DNA from: Planctomycetota bacterium
GTDB taxonomy: Bacteria; Planctomycetota; JACOTG01
Length of the DNA stretch: 64,000 nucleotides
Assembly (NCBI GenBank): GCA_016178505.1
Contig: JACOTG010000190.1
Location: 16,939 to 80,938 of the forward strand
Direction: 5' to 3'
Shown here: in pieces, positions 16,490 through 26,529 of the stretch
Numbering within the stretch: the stretch's first letter is position 1
How the letters are laid out: every line of letters starts with the position of its first letter
Notes under the pieces: model-generated
The model's input: the letters and a program-made list of their open reading frames with translations, nothing else
Told to the model about the DNA's origin: nothing
Database searches by the model: none
Translations under genes and position numbers: made by a program

Positions 16490-16527
16490 AGCGCCCCTCG
16501 GTTCGCCGACCGAGGGGCGCTGGTTTC
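16490..16527 (+). terminator. Rho-independent-type terminator hairpin after the peroxidase gene
   Basis: Perfect 12 bp stem AGCGCCCCTCGG (16490-16501) / CCGAGGGGCGCT (16510-16521) with an 8 nt loop, followed by GGTTTCA. Confidence 0.5.
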
Positions 16528-16811
16528 ACTCGATTACGGCTGACGTTTTCCCGCTCGGCGACGGAACGGCCGAAATCTCGGCGGCAGCCCTACCTCGTTG
16601 CCGGAGTCTGTCGGCTCGCTCGTTTTTTGCAGTCACGACGATCGCGGATAGCTCGACGTTCGTCGAATGCACCTCCGGGACACCGGCGAGCAGGAAAATG
16701 TAATCTCCTGGCCTCGTTCGCATCGGAGTGGCCTTCAGGGTGCTTGTAGTTCGTGCAACGACGAATGGAGAAACGACTGCGCGCGGACCGTGCTCCTTTG
16801 GAGAGAAACCC

Positions 16812-17765
16812 ATGCCTAGCGAAACGCTGACCAATCCTGCCCTTGCCCAACAGTTGCTCGAAGCGCTGGACGCTCTTTCGGGGCTACACCCCGGCTTTCG
16901 GCCCGCCCATGCCAAGGGGGCGATGTGCACGGGGACGTTCGTGCCCTCGCCAGAGGCGCCGAAGGTGACGCGAGCGCCGCATGCGAGTCGCCGATCCACG
17001 CCCGTGACGGTGCGCTTTTCGAATTCGACCGGCGTGCCGACGATCCCCGACAATGATCCGGCGCGGTCGGGCCCTCGAGGGATAGCCATCCGCTTCCATC
17101 TGGCCGATCACGTGCACACCGACATCGTCGCGCACTCCGCCAACGGTTTTCCGGTCCGTAACGGCGACGAATTCCTGGAGTTTCTCCGTGCGGCGGCAGC
17201 ATTCGGCGCGGGCCGACCCGAGGCGATGGGGTCGTTCCTCGCCGCTCACCCGAACGCGAAACGTTTCGTCGAAATGGGGAAGCCGATTCCGACGAGCTTC
17301 GCGCGCGAGGCCTTTTTCGCGGTCACCTCGTTCAAGTTCACCAACGCAAACGGCACGAGCCGTCACGGTCGGTTTCGTATCCGACCCGAGTTGGGAACCG
17401 AGTACCTCTCCGACGCGGAGGCGGCGGCGAAGTCGGCGGACTTCCTGTTCGACGAACTCGGCCGACGGTTGGCAAAGGAGCCGGTCAAGCTCGACGTGCG
17501 CGTCCAACTGGCTGAGCCCGGCGATGACGTGACGGACTCCAGCGCGCCGTGGCCGGACCGTCGACCGGAGATTTTGTTCGGCACGATCGCCTTGACGAGC
17601 CGCGTAGACGAGCAGGCGCCGGAGCGGCGGCGGATCATCTTCGACCCCGTTCCGAGAGTCGACGGCATCGATTCCTCAGGCGATCCCCTCACGGAAGTGC
17701 GCTCGGATATCTACCTGCTCAGCGGCCGCAGGCGTCGGGCGGTGTTCGGCGACGGCCGGCGTTGA
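16812..17765 (+). CDS. Catalase-related small haem protein (SrpA-like, catalase family)
   Basis: ATG 16812. HPGFRPAHAKGAMCTGTFVPS gives the catalase distal His motif. Also VTVRFSNSTG, GPRGIAIRF and a C-terminal RSDIYLLSGRRR (proximal Tyr region). At about 317 aa it is much shorter than a canonical catalase. Confidence 0.9.
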   Translation: MPSETLTNPALAQQLLEALDALSGLHPGFRPAHAKGAMCTGTFVPSPEAPKVTRAPHASRRSTPVTVRFSNSTGVPTIPDNDPARSGPRGIAIRFHLADHVHTDIVAHSANGFPVRNGDEFLEFLRAAAAFGAGRPEAMGSFLAAHPNAKRFVEMGKPIPTSFAREAFFAVTSFKFTNANGTSRHGRFRIRPELGTEYLSDAEAAAKSADFLFDELGRRLAKEPVKLDVRVQLAEPGDDVTDSSAPWPDRRPEILFGTIALTSRVDEQAPERRRIIFDPVPRVDGIDSSGDPLTEVRSDIYLLSGRRRRAVFGDGRR

Positions 17766-17812
17766 GTCGATCGATTCCGCCGACCACAGGTAAGGCCTGA
17801 TAGCCGGGTGAC

Positions 17813-18016
17813 GTGGCCGCTGGCCCGTTCGGCCGATGCCGAGAAGAAGTCGAGACGACGCCGGTTAGGGATCCACCGGCGAGAGAAGGGTATTTTCTTG
17901 GCGGAGCGCGCAGCGGCGTCAACGGCACACCGACGTTTTTCATCAATGGCGAGCGACACGACGCTGGGGTCGACTTCAGGACTCTCGTCGTCGCCGTGGA
18001 AGCTCGGCTGCGATGA
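17813..18016 (+). pseudogene. C-terminal fragment of a DsbA-like thioredoxin-fold protein
   Basis: ..GARSGVNGTPTFFINGERHDAGVDFRTLVVAVEARLR(stop) matches the conserved C-terminus (GV.GTPTFFING) of DsbA-family proteins. The CxxC-containing N-terminal two-thirds are absent. Confidence 0.5.
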
Positions 18017-18347
18017 GCGTCCGCTAAGCCCACCCGATAGCTGCATTCGAGGTCCGAATCAGACCAGTCCAATTCGAGAGAGGTGACGATCGCGACGAAG
18101 GTCATGCTCAGGCAGCGCCGGAACTCAACTGACGTTGCTTTCGTCGACGCGCAACGACATCCGCGAGGGTCCACGAAGAACTCCGTTGGTCCGGTGAGCG
18201 GTCCGCCGAATTCAGTGACGGGATCGATCTCTACAGTGTGGCGCGATCGCGAGGATGCCGTCGGTCACGCTGAATCCCGCCGAGTCTCCGCGCCGCCGTC
18301 ACGACGTCTGAGTTAACGCTGGCGGAATCTCTCCCGTCCTTTCCTGT

Positions 18348-19490
18348 ATGAGACACGCCGTGGTGGCGCTTTCCGTTCTCTTCCTGTCTGGCGAATCCGT
18401 GCGGATCGTCCCCTTCCGCGCACCGCGCACGATGACGCTCGGCGAGAACCACCAACCGGATGCACTGGCTGCCGGCGACTTCGACGGCGACGGCAAGCTC
18501 GATCTCGTCGTCGGCAGCGGCGCCGCGGACGATCTCATCGTCTTTCTCGGCGACGGAAAGGGCGGCTTCCGGCGAGGTGGAACGTTCGCGGCGGGCCCGT
18601 CGCCGACCGAGATCGCGGTCGCTGACTTCGATCGGGACAGCCATCTCGATCTGGCGATCGCCAACCACGGCACGCCCTTGGTGACGATCCTTCTCGGTGA
18701 CGGACGAGGGAGCTTCCGGCCCGCTCACGGTTCGCCTCTGTCCGTGAACAGCAAACCGCACCCTCACGCGATCGCCGCTGGCGACGTGGACGGAGACGGA
18801 TTGCTCGACCTGGTCATCGACAGTTGGAGCGAAAACCGCTTCACGCTCTTGAAGGGCGACGGCAGGGGAGACTTCGCCGCGCCGGGTGTCACGATCGAGG
18901 CCGGGCGCAAGCCATACCGCAACTTGAAGCTCGCCGACCTCGACGGCGACGGCCGCTACGATCTCGCCGCGCCGAACACGGACGAACGCGGCGTGACGAT
19001 TCTCGTCGGCGACGGCCGGGGACATTTCCGCGGCGCCGAGAACCCCCCGACGCCGGCCGGACCCTCGCCGTTCGCCATCGCGGTTGCCGACGTCAATCGA
19101 GATGGAAAGCCCGACCTCGTCATCGCGAACTACTCGGGCCACATCACGGATTCGTCCGGCGACGGTCTCACCTTCCTGCTGAACGAGGATCACGGCCGTT
19201 TTCGCCTGGGCCCGAAGATCCCGACGGGCCGCGGCTCCGGCGACGTCGCGGCTGGCGACGTGGACGGCGACGGTTATCTCGACGCCGTGACGGTCAATGC
19301 CGGCACCAACGATCTCACGATTGCCTTCGGTGGCCCCGACGGACTCTCGCCCTCCCGAATCGCCACCGTTGCGTATGGCGGCAGGGAGGCGTGGCGTATC
19401 CTCCTCGCCGATTTCGACGGCGACGGTCGCGCGGACGCCGTGACGGCCAACACCGGGAGCCAGTCCGTCTCGATCCTCCTGACTCGCTGA
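18348..19490 (+). CDS. FG-GAP/VCBS repeat protein (7-bladed integrin-alpha-like propeller)
   Basis: Seven repeats with the D.DGDG..D(L/A)V motif (GDFDGDGKLDLVVG, ADFDRDSHLDLAIA, GDVDGDGLLDLVID, ADLDGDGRYDLAAP, ADVNRDGKPDLVIA, GDVDGDGYLDAVTV, ADFDGDGRADAVTA). Confidence 0.9.
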   Translation: MRHAVVALSVLFLSGESVRIVPFRAPRTMTLGENHQPDALAAGDFDGDGKLDLVVGSGAADDLIVFLGDGKGGFRRGGTFAAGPSPTEIAVADFDRDSHLDLAIANHGTPLVTILLGDGRGSFRPAHGSPLSVNSKPHPHAIAAGDVDGDGLLDLVIDSWSENRFTLLKGDGRGDFAAPGVTIEAGRKPYRNLKLADLDGDGRYDLAAPNTDERGVTILVGDGRGHFRGAENPPTPAGPSPFAIAVADVNRDGKPDLVIANYSGHITDSSGDGLTFLLNEDHGRFRLGPKIPTGRGSGDVAAGDVDGDGYLDAVTVNAGTNDLTIAFGGPDGLSPSRIATVAYGGREAWRILLADFDGDGRADAVTANTGSQSVSILLTR

Positions 19491-19565
19491 ATTCCGCGCC
19501 GGAAGCCGGTTCTCTCGAGGCGGGGAACTTCAAGGTCGACGCCCGTTCCGCTGCATGGCGACGGC

Positions 19566-19916
19566 GTGTTGAGTAGAAGTCACATCGCGAGCATTACACA
19601 AGAAACGCGTGCAATGTGGGTGAGCACAGCGGGCAGCCGGGAACGAAGTGCATGTAGCCTTCGCTTGGACGCTGGAAAGCGAGCGGAGCAGACCGTCGAA
19701 GTGCCTGTGGATGTGACCCTCGACGAAATCGTCGTCGACGGTGCCGGTTCTCCGGTCGCCGGTGCCGAACTTCGGTTGACGCAGCCGTGCTTGACGGACA
19801 ATGCGGCGTGCCTCGATGGCCACCGCGTGGCGACATCGGCGGCGGACGGTACTTTTCACATCCGTTCGATTGCGACTCACGAGGACTATTACGTCAGCGC
19901 TCGAAAGGGTGGTTAG
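19566..19916 (+). pseudogene. Isolated carboxypeptidase-regulatory-like domain fragment
   Basis: ..LDEIVVDGAGSPVAGAELRL..SAADGTFHIRSIATHEDYYVSARKGG(stop). This is a single CarboxypepD_reg-type unit with no signal peptide and an abrupt end. Confidence 0.35.
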
Positions 19917-20378
19917 ATGCCGGCCCCGCTGCCGCGGCCATTCATCACGCAGTTCTCGACGTGCACCTTCCCAGCGGCGTTGACCAGCACGCCCGTGGTT
20001 CCGGGGTTGCCGTTGATCGTGAGGCCGCGCAACACGACGAAGTCACTGGTTCCGATGTTCAACGTGACGGCCGCGCCAGAACCAACCGTGATTCCGCCAT
20101 AGACGCCCGACGGCGCGATGATGCTGACCGATTGGTTGATGGGCACTGCACCGTAGGCCGCCGAATCGAGCGCGACGATCTCGCCACCTGGATCCGTGAC
20201 GGTGAGCGCCGACGAAAACGTGCGCTTGGGGGATGTGATCGTGCCGGCATTGGCGTCATTGCCAGAGCCGGAGACGAATGTGCGCTGCGCGGCCACTGCC
20301 GGGAGGGCGACGAATGCGATGAGGCGGGTGCGAGGTGCGACCGATCGAATTCCACGACACGGCGAGGACGACTTTCAT
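19913..20378 (-). pseudogene. Truncated and frameshifted N-terminal fragment of a secreted beta-helix protein
   Basis: ORF 19913..20296 reads QRTFVSGSGNDANAGTITSPKRTFSSALTVTDPGGEIVALDSAAYGAVPINQSVSII..VHVENC and stops after about 127 aa. The in-frame upstream sequence RTRLIAFVALPAVAAQ (signal peptide) has no start codon. The only ATG (20378) is in another frame. Confidence 0.45.
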
Positions 20379-21662
20379 CGAGTGTCCCGTCGAACGTTGC
20401 CCATGAGCGGTCACATTTCGTCAGAGGCGAAATCGCCGGCCCTGTTTCGAAACGTGAATCCTCGTCCCGAACGCGAATGCGAGTGCGTCCCTGGCAGCTA
20501 GTCAGCCCGAAGACTACGCTTCGCATGATTCCAACACCATGGCACCGGAAAGCGCGAGACGTCCCGCACGCGCGGATCGCGGTCCACACGCCGCGCCGCG
20601 CTGCCGCCGGTTCGAGCCCTCATGGTCAACGGACCCGGCGACCGTTCGTGCGCAAGATCGCCAAATCAGTTTGGACCAGTGTTCATGCGGGTCCGCGGGC
20701 TCGACGAGGGCTTTGGATTGGAGGAGTTCGTACCGTGCCCTTCACAAACTCTCCACCGGACGCGGAAGAATGATGTCGAACTCCGGATCGCGTGCGATCG
20801 ATCGACGGATTGGGCTCGCTCACGGACGTTGAATTCGTCCTTCGGGGTGGCACGGACAGCGTCCCTTCATGGATCCAATCGTTTCCGGCAATTCGTGAGA
20901 TCGAACATTTTCGACCTGCCGCTCGCACGTGCTTGTATAGTCGCGCGCGCAGACAGAACCACTTCTTGCAAGCGTCGATGTCGTCGTTGCACATCTGACT
21001 AGGAGGACTCGCGATGACCCAACACTACGAACCAGCCCGCCGCCGTCGCCTTCGAAGGAGGAGAACCATCGAGAGCCGTCTCGCCCCTGCAGGAGTGAAG
21101 CCCTCGGCGACCGGAACGAGCGCCGCAGCCAAAGTCGCGTCGCCAACCGAACCCACGACGAAGCGACCCTCTTCCCGCGGAGAGATCAAAGCGTAGCCGA
21201 GGCGATGACCGTTCTGAGGAGTCTGCGACGGATCAGCCAGATCAACCGGCCGACCGACGATCAGCAACCTGGCCCGGCGGGCAAGCGTCAGAAGCTCGAT
21301 CGGAAGTTGCTTTCGGATCTCGCAGTGATCGTCACAGCGAAAACGAACCTTCGTCGGCACCGGAATCACGTCGCTCGGAACGGTGCGTTCAATCGGAAGC
21401 GAACCGGGCTCTCTCCTCATCATCGATCGCGACCGGAAGCGCTCTGCGCCATTCGATGACGTCCTTCGGGATCCCGGCGTCAAGCAAGCGGGTATCCCGT
21501 CGCGATCGCCGAACGGCAGTCCATGCGCGGAGGGGTTCGTTCCCTGGGCGAACAGAAGGGGTTGCACCGTCGCCGCCGGCGGCAGCTTGGATGACACCGA
21601 GCCACGTGCCACGTAGACTTCGCCGGTCGAAGCAAACAACCAGCAGAGGAAGAGCGCAGTCC

Positions 21663-22586
21663 ATGGACATTCTCCACGCCATTGGAAACACGTCGATCGT
21701 TCGACTCCGCAAGGTCGTTCCGCCGAATTGCGCGGACGTCTTCGTAAAGCTCGAGTGGGAGAATCCCACCGGCAGCGTCAAGGACCGGATGGCTCACGCC
21801 GTGATTTCGCGTGCGGAGGAGGACGGTCGACTGAAGCCCGGATACACCGTCATCGAGTACACCGGCGGCAGCACGGGCGCATCGCTCGCGCTGGTTTGTG
21901 CCGCCAAAGGCTATCGTCTCCAAATCGTCAGCTCCGATGCGTTCAGTCGGGAGAAGCTGGATCACATGGCGGCGCTGGGTGCGGAGCTGACGCTCGTCCC
22001 AAGCGATGGAGGCCGCACCACCAAGAAGCTGATCCTGGACATGATCGAAGTTGCCCGTGGGTTGAGCCAAGAGCCGCTCACGTACTGGACCGACCAGCTC
22101 AACAACCAGGACAGCATTGCGGGCTACTACTCGCTCGGCGAAGAGATCTGGAGTCAAACGAAAGGGGAGATCGACGCCTTCGTTCACTGCGTGGGTACGG
22201 CGGCTTCTTCGCGTGGAGTCGCCACGGTGCTCAAGCGCCATAAATCGAGCATCAAGATTTTTGCCGTCGAACCCGCAGAATCCTCGGTGTTGCGGGGAGG
22301 TCAGGCCGGTCCTCACAAGATCGAGGGAGTTGGGATTGGTTTTACTCCTCCACTCTGGGAGCCGGCTCTCGTGGACGAGATCCTGCCGGTCCAGACAGAC
22401 GACGCGAAGGAGATGGCGAGGCGCATCGCGCGGGAAGAGGCCCTCTTCGCGGGGACGTCTTCCGGAGCGAACGTCGTCGCCGCCATTCAAGTCGCGAAGC
22501 GACTCGGGCCAGATGCCAAGGTGGTCACGCTGATGACCGACTCCGGCCTGAAGTACCTGAGCACCGATGTGTACCGGCGCAGATGA
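21663..22586 (+). CDS. PLP-dependent cysteine synthase family protein
   Basis: ATG 21663 with GAGGAAG upstream. MDILHAIGNTSIVRL..VKLEWENPTGSVKDR (PLP Lys)..GAELTLV..GTSSGANVVAAIQVAKRL. The Gly-loop variant TGGSTGASLA replaces the TSGNTG of classical CysK, so I do not assign a CysK/CysM subtype. Confidence 0.85.
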   Translation: MDILHAIGNTSIVRLRKVVPPNCADVFVKLEWENPTGSVKDRMAHAVISRAEEDGRLKPGYTVIEYTGGSTGASLALVCAAKGYRLQIVSSDAFSREKLDHMAALGAELTLVPSDGGRTTKKLILDMIEVARGLSQEPLTYWTDQLNNQDSIAGYYSLGEEIWSQTKGEIDAFVHCVGTAASSRGVATVLKRHKSSIKIFAVEPAESSVLRGGQAGPHKIEGVGIGFTPPLWEPALVDEILPVQTDDAKEMARRIAREEALFAGTSSGANVVAAIQVAKRLGPDAKVVTLMTDSGLKYLSTDVYRRR

Positions 22587-22928
22587 GACAGGATCTCGAT
22601 CAGAGCCGTGTGGATTCGATCACACCCCGGCGGACACCTCTGTGAATGCGTGAACTCATGCTGCCGAAGGCTGGCTGAACTCCGGCAACCGTGCGCGTGG
22701 GACCTCCGTCGAGTTTCTCATCGGTAGTGCATCGATCGGGTTGAGTTCGTCGAGAGTCGGAATCATCCGCGGCGAGGCGACCGATCGGCCGCTTCGCATC
22801 GTCTGGATCGTCACGTGCGCGCGCGAGCGATGATTGCGGCGACGTCCCCCATCTGGAGAAAAGCACCCGGTATTCGCAGGATGCCTTTGCGTGAGTGGGT
22901 TTCTTCTCCGCCGACGTCGTCTGCGACG

Positions 22929-24737
22929 TCAACGATAGGCTGCGGCCTGGATGCCGTAGAGCTCGGCATAGTGCCCGCGCTTGGCCAGCAAGTCCTCGTG
23001 GCTGCCGACCTCGACCACGCGGGCGCCGTCGAGCACCACGATGAGATCGGCCATGCGCACAGTGGAGAAGCGATGCGATACGAGGATCGTGATGCGCCCG
23101 TCTGCGGTCGATGCATCCCTGTCGCTGCCGCGCGCGGCGGAGGCGTAGCGCTCGAACAACGCGTGTTCGGTCTCCGCATCGAGGGCCGCCGTGGGTTCGT
23201 CGAGCACCAGCAGCAGCGGGTGGTCGCGCATGAAGCCGCGGGCGAGCGCGAGCTTCTGCCATTGACCGAAAGACACCTCGACCCCGTCGGGCCACGTCGG
23301 ACCCAGCTGCGTTTCCAGTGCCGCCGGAAGGCGAGCCACGACGTCGTCGGCGCCCGCGCGCGCGACGGCGGTGGCGACGGCGTGAACGTCTTCGATTCTC
23401 GGCACGTCACCGATGCCCACGGTGTGCCGGGCCCGAAACTCGAAGCGAAAGAAGTCCTGGAACGCACCGGCCAGGCGCGAGCGCCACTCGTCGGCGCGCA
23501 TGCGAGCCAGCTCGGCGCCGTCGAGCAGTATCCGGCCGGCGCTCGGCTCGTATAGTTTGGCGAGCAGCTTCACCAGCGTGGTCTTGCCGGCGCCGTTCTC
23601 CCCGACGATCGCTACCACCGCGCCCGCGGGTAGCTCGAGGTTCACATCGTCGAGAACGAGGCGATCGGTGCCGGGATACGCGAACGAGACGTGATCGAAG
23701 CGGATGCCCTCGGCGAGACGAGTGGGCACGGGCAGATCGGCCGATGCGACGAACGAGGCAACGTAGTCCTCGAGCCACGCGAGGCGCTTGGAGCCGTCCA
23801 TCCAAATGGCGCGCAGGAAACCGATCTCGCCGACGGTGGCGCCGATGTATGCGGACAATCGCGACCCGGCGGCAAGCACGAGAAGCACGTCTCCAGCCGT
23901 TCGCTCGAGGCCCGACGACACGAACACGACCGCGCCGACGTAGGCACCGCCGAACACGGCCCACGCCAACGTGTGCCACATCGCGGAACCCCATCGAGCG
24001 AGCGACACCGGACCATACCAGCGCTCCCACGCCACGCGGCGCCCGGCTACCAACCGCTCGCCGATGCCGGTGACGCGAACTTCCTTGCCGGGCGTTGCCG
24101 TGGTCGCCGTGGTGAACAGGTGGCGCGCGAGGCGGAACGCCGACGCGCCGCGTTCCCACGCGCTTCGCTCGACCGCGGGTCGCCACGTCGAGGTCAGCAC
24201 GGTGGGCACCGCGAACACCGCGAGCAGTGCGAGCGCCGGATGAATCGACATCAGGAGCGCGACGGTGACGCCGAGTCGCAGAATCCACCCGCACGTGGAG
24301 AAGAGCGACATGTACATGTGATCGAGGACGAACACCTGGTTGCGCAACATCGCGAGCCGGTCGAGGTAGTCGGGGCGCTCGTGATGCGCAATGGTCGCGA
24401 CCGATGCGAGGAGTCGCGCGACGTGTGCTTCGAGCGCGATCGTTACTTTGTCGCGGAAGCGGCGCTGCACGCGAGTGCTGACCGTTCGCAGGAACCACGT
24501 GGCGGCAACCGAAACACCGAGCCCGATTGCCGCGATGCGCACGAGGCCGCCGTCGCCGCGCAGCACTCCCTCGCCGAGCAGCTTGAACCAGAGCGCAAGC
24601 AACGCGTCCGGGAGCGCGGACAAGAGCGACAGAAGAAATGCCGCGAGAAGCAAACCCGGTTCGTGGCGATAGCCGAGCTTGCACAGCCGCCACATCGACG
24701 ACAGCCCCGGAGGAAGCGGGTTAGGCGAGGACGTCAT
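22929..24737 (-). CDS. ABC exporter, fused permease/ATPase (half-transporter B)
   Basis: Six-TM N-terminal half. Walker A GENGAGKTT, signature VSFGQWQK (degenerate), Walker B LLVLDEPTAALD, then HRFSTV. Its start overlaps the upstream ABC gene by 17 nt. Confidence 0.9.
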   Translation of the reverse strand: MTSSPNPLPPGLSSMWRLCKLGYRHEPGLLLAAFLLSLLSALPDALLALWFKLLGEGVLRGDGGLVRIAAIGLGVSVAATWFLRTVSTRVQRRFRDKVTIALEAHVARLLASVATIAHHERPDYLDRLAMLRNQVFVLDHMYMSLFSTCGWILRLGVTVALLMSIHPALALLAVFAVPTVLTSTWRPAVERSAWERGASAFRLARHLFTTATTATPGKEVRVTGIGERLVAGRRVAWERWYGPVSLARWGSAMWHTLAWAVFGGAYVGAVVFVSSGLERTAGDVLLVLAAGSRLSAYIGATVGEIGFLRAIWMDGSKRLAWLEDYVASFVASADLPVPTRLAEGIRFDHVSFAYPGTDRLVLDDVNLELPAGAVVAIVGENGAGKTTLVKLLAKLYEPSAGRILLDGAELARMRADEWRSRLAGAFQDFFRFEFRARHTVGIGDVPRIEDVHAVATAVARAGADDVVARLPAALETQLGPTWPDGVEVSFGQWQKLALARGFMRDHPLLLVLDEPTAALDAETEHALFERYASAARGSDRDASTADGRITILVSHRFSTVRMADLIVVLDGARVVEVGSHEDLLAKRGHYAELYGIQAAAYR

Positions 24738-26529
24738 ACGCGATCCCTTCCTCGTTCTCGGCGGCGGTGAAGCGCTTCGCCTGGAGGTCGAACATCGTGC
24801 GGTAGCGTCCCGCCTTCGCGATCAACTCGTCATGCGTGCCCAACTCGACGACGCGACCGTGCTCGAGCACGCAGATGCGGTCGGCGTGGCGCACGGTGGA
24901 GAAGCGATGCGAGATGAGAATCGTCGTGCAATGCCGCGTCGCCGCGAGGATGCGGTCGAAGATCTCGGCCTCGCCCCGGACATCGAGCTGCGCCGTCGGC
25001 TCGTCGAGCAGCACCACTCCCGCACGGAGTTGCACCGCGCATAGTGCGCGCGCCAACGCGACACGTTGCCACTGTCCGCCCGACAGATCGGTCCCGCCCG
25101 GGTATCCGCGCGCCAGCACCGTATCGAGTGCGGCGAGGTTCGCCGCGCCGGCCTTTTCGAGCGCGGCATTTATCGCGGCGTCGGGCGCGCCCGCCGGCGC
25201 GACGTTGTCGCGCAGAGACAGCTCGAAGCGAACGAAGTCCTGGAACACGGCCGTGACGCGCGAGCGCCACGAGGCGAGATCGAACTCGCGGACGTCGACG
25301 CCGTCGACTTCGATCGCGCCCGCTTGCGGGTCGTACAACCGGCACAGGAGCTTCGCCAGCGTCGTCTTGCCGGCTCCGTTCTGACCGACGATCGCGAGCG
25401 ACGATCCGGCGCGGATCGTGAGATCGAAGCCCTCGAGGACGCGCGTCCCGCCCGGATAGGCAAACGTCACGTCACGAAAGCGGATCTCTCGCGCCGGCGC
25501 GCCGAGAGCGCTGCGATTGCCGGAAGGCAGCGCTCCAGCGGGGGCCATCGCCGGCTCGAGTCGCATCACCGCGGCGACCGGTGCCGCCGCTCCGTCGAGC
25601 GCCCAGTTGAGACCTCCGAACGCGATCATCGACGTGCCGACCGCGCACTGCGCAAACACGACGACATCGCCCAGGCTCAAGCTCCCGCTCACGACGGCGC
25701 GAGCAAGCGACCCGAACACGACGACGTTGGCGACCGAAATGAGCAGCAGGCTCCACACGACCGGGCGCTCGCGCAGCCGTGTCGCCGCGTATTGCAGCTC
25801 GTGAAGGCGCGTGCGGCGGGCAACGAAGCGATCGATCGTCCATCCGACCAGGCCGAACAGGCGCAGTTCCTTGCTGGCGGGCGGGTCCACCGCGAGCCGA
25901 TACGCGTAATCGGCGTCCCGTTGAGCGGCACGCACTTCGTCGGTGTTGCGGTCGCGCCAGACCGCGCTCTCGCGCAGCAGCCAGTGCGTCGCCAGCCACG
26001 CACCGGCGAGCACGATCGGCGCCCACCACGCGTACGCCGCGAGCACGACCGCAGACGCGAGGCCGCCGATCATCTCGACGAGCCCTCCGGCAATGAAGTC
26101 CATGGAGATCGAGAGCGGCGGACCGGTCATGCCGAGATCGAAGTCGCGCGCGACGGTGAGGTCGTTCGTGAGCTTGGGGTCCTCGAGGTGACCCATGCCG
26201 GGCGGGTGCACGCACGCCTCGGTCAGGCGGTCGTAAAGCCACGCGGCCGTGCGATCGCCGAGGTTGGCGCCGACCGCTTGATGAATGGGCGTGAGCACCT
26301 GAAGCAGGATGAACACGATGCCCATCCAAGCAAGTGCGCCGACGAGGGAATCGCCGCGCTGGACGGCGGCAACGAGCACGCCCATGCTGATCGCGAACAC
26401 CGCGGGCAACACGCCCCGAAGCACGAGGACGATCCACCAAATCGCGGCAAGCCGGCGATCGGCCTTCGGCAGCACGCCGAAAAACTTCCACTCGTTGCGC
26501 TGATGCAAGCGCGCCGTCAACATTCTCAT
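24721..26529 (-). CDS. ABC exporter, fused permease/ATPase (half-transporter A)
   Basis: Track ORF starts at 26625. ATG 26529 overlaps the stop codon of the upstream methyltransferase (ATGA) and gives MRMLTARLHQRNEWKFFGVLPK. Walker A GQNGAGKTT, signature LSGGQWQR, Walker B VVLLDEPTAQLD. Confidence 0.9.
   Translation of the reverse strand: MRMLTARLHQRNEWKFFGVLPKADRRLAAIWWIVLVLRGVLPAVFAISMGVLVAAVQRGDSLVGALAWMGIVFILLQVLTPIHQAVGANLGDRTAAWLYDRLTEACVHPPGMGHLEDPKLTNDLTVARDFDLGMTGPPLSISMDFIAGGLVEMIGGLASAVVLAAYAWWAPIVLAGAWLATHWLLRESAVWRDRNTDEVRAAQRDADYAYRLAVDPPASKELRLFGLVGWTIDRFVARRTRLHELQYAATRLRERPVVWSLLLISVANVVVFGSLARAVVSGSLSLGDVVVFAQCAVGTSMIAFGGLNWALDGAAAPVAAVMRLEPAMAPAGALPSGNRSALGAPAREIRFRDVTFAYPGGTRVLEGFDLTIRAGSSLAIVGQNGAGKTTLAKLLCRLYDPQAGAIEVDGVDVREFDLASWRSRVTAVFQDFVRFELSLRDNVAPAGAPDAAINAALEKAGAANLAALDTVLARGYPGGTDLSGGQWQRVALARALCAVQLRAGVVLLDEPTAQLDVRGEAEIFDRILAATRHCTTILISHRFSTVRHADRICVLEHGRVVELGTHDELIAKAGRYRTMFDLQAKRFTAAENEEGIAYDVLA

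Noticed and set aside
20600-20625. GGTTCGAGCCC, which resembles a tRNA T-loop.
   Set aside because: There is no complementary T-stem, acceptor stem or anticodon arm around it. I found no tRNA-like cloverleaf anywhere in the window.
21014-21196. A 60 aa ORF with a perfect AGGAGG-7 nt-ATG.
   Set aside because: The product is almost pure Arg/Pro/Ala/Ser low complexity. It overlaps a more protein-like antisense ORF. I kept it only as an open question inside the 19.5-21.6 kb finding.
22656-22799. A small minus-strand ORF just downstream of the ABC operon (MRSGRSVASPRMIPTLDELNPIDALPMRNSTEVPRARLPEFSQPSAA). I considered it as an exported-peptide precursor.
   Set aside because: It has no SD before either ATG, no Cys/Ser/Thr-rich core, no modifying enzymes nearby and no recognisable leader family. 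It cannot be distinguished from a chance ORF.
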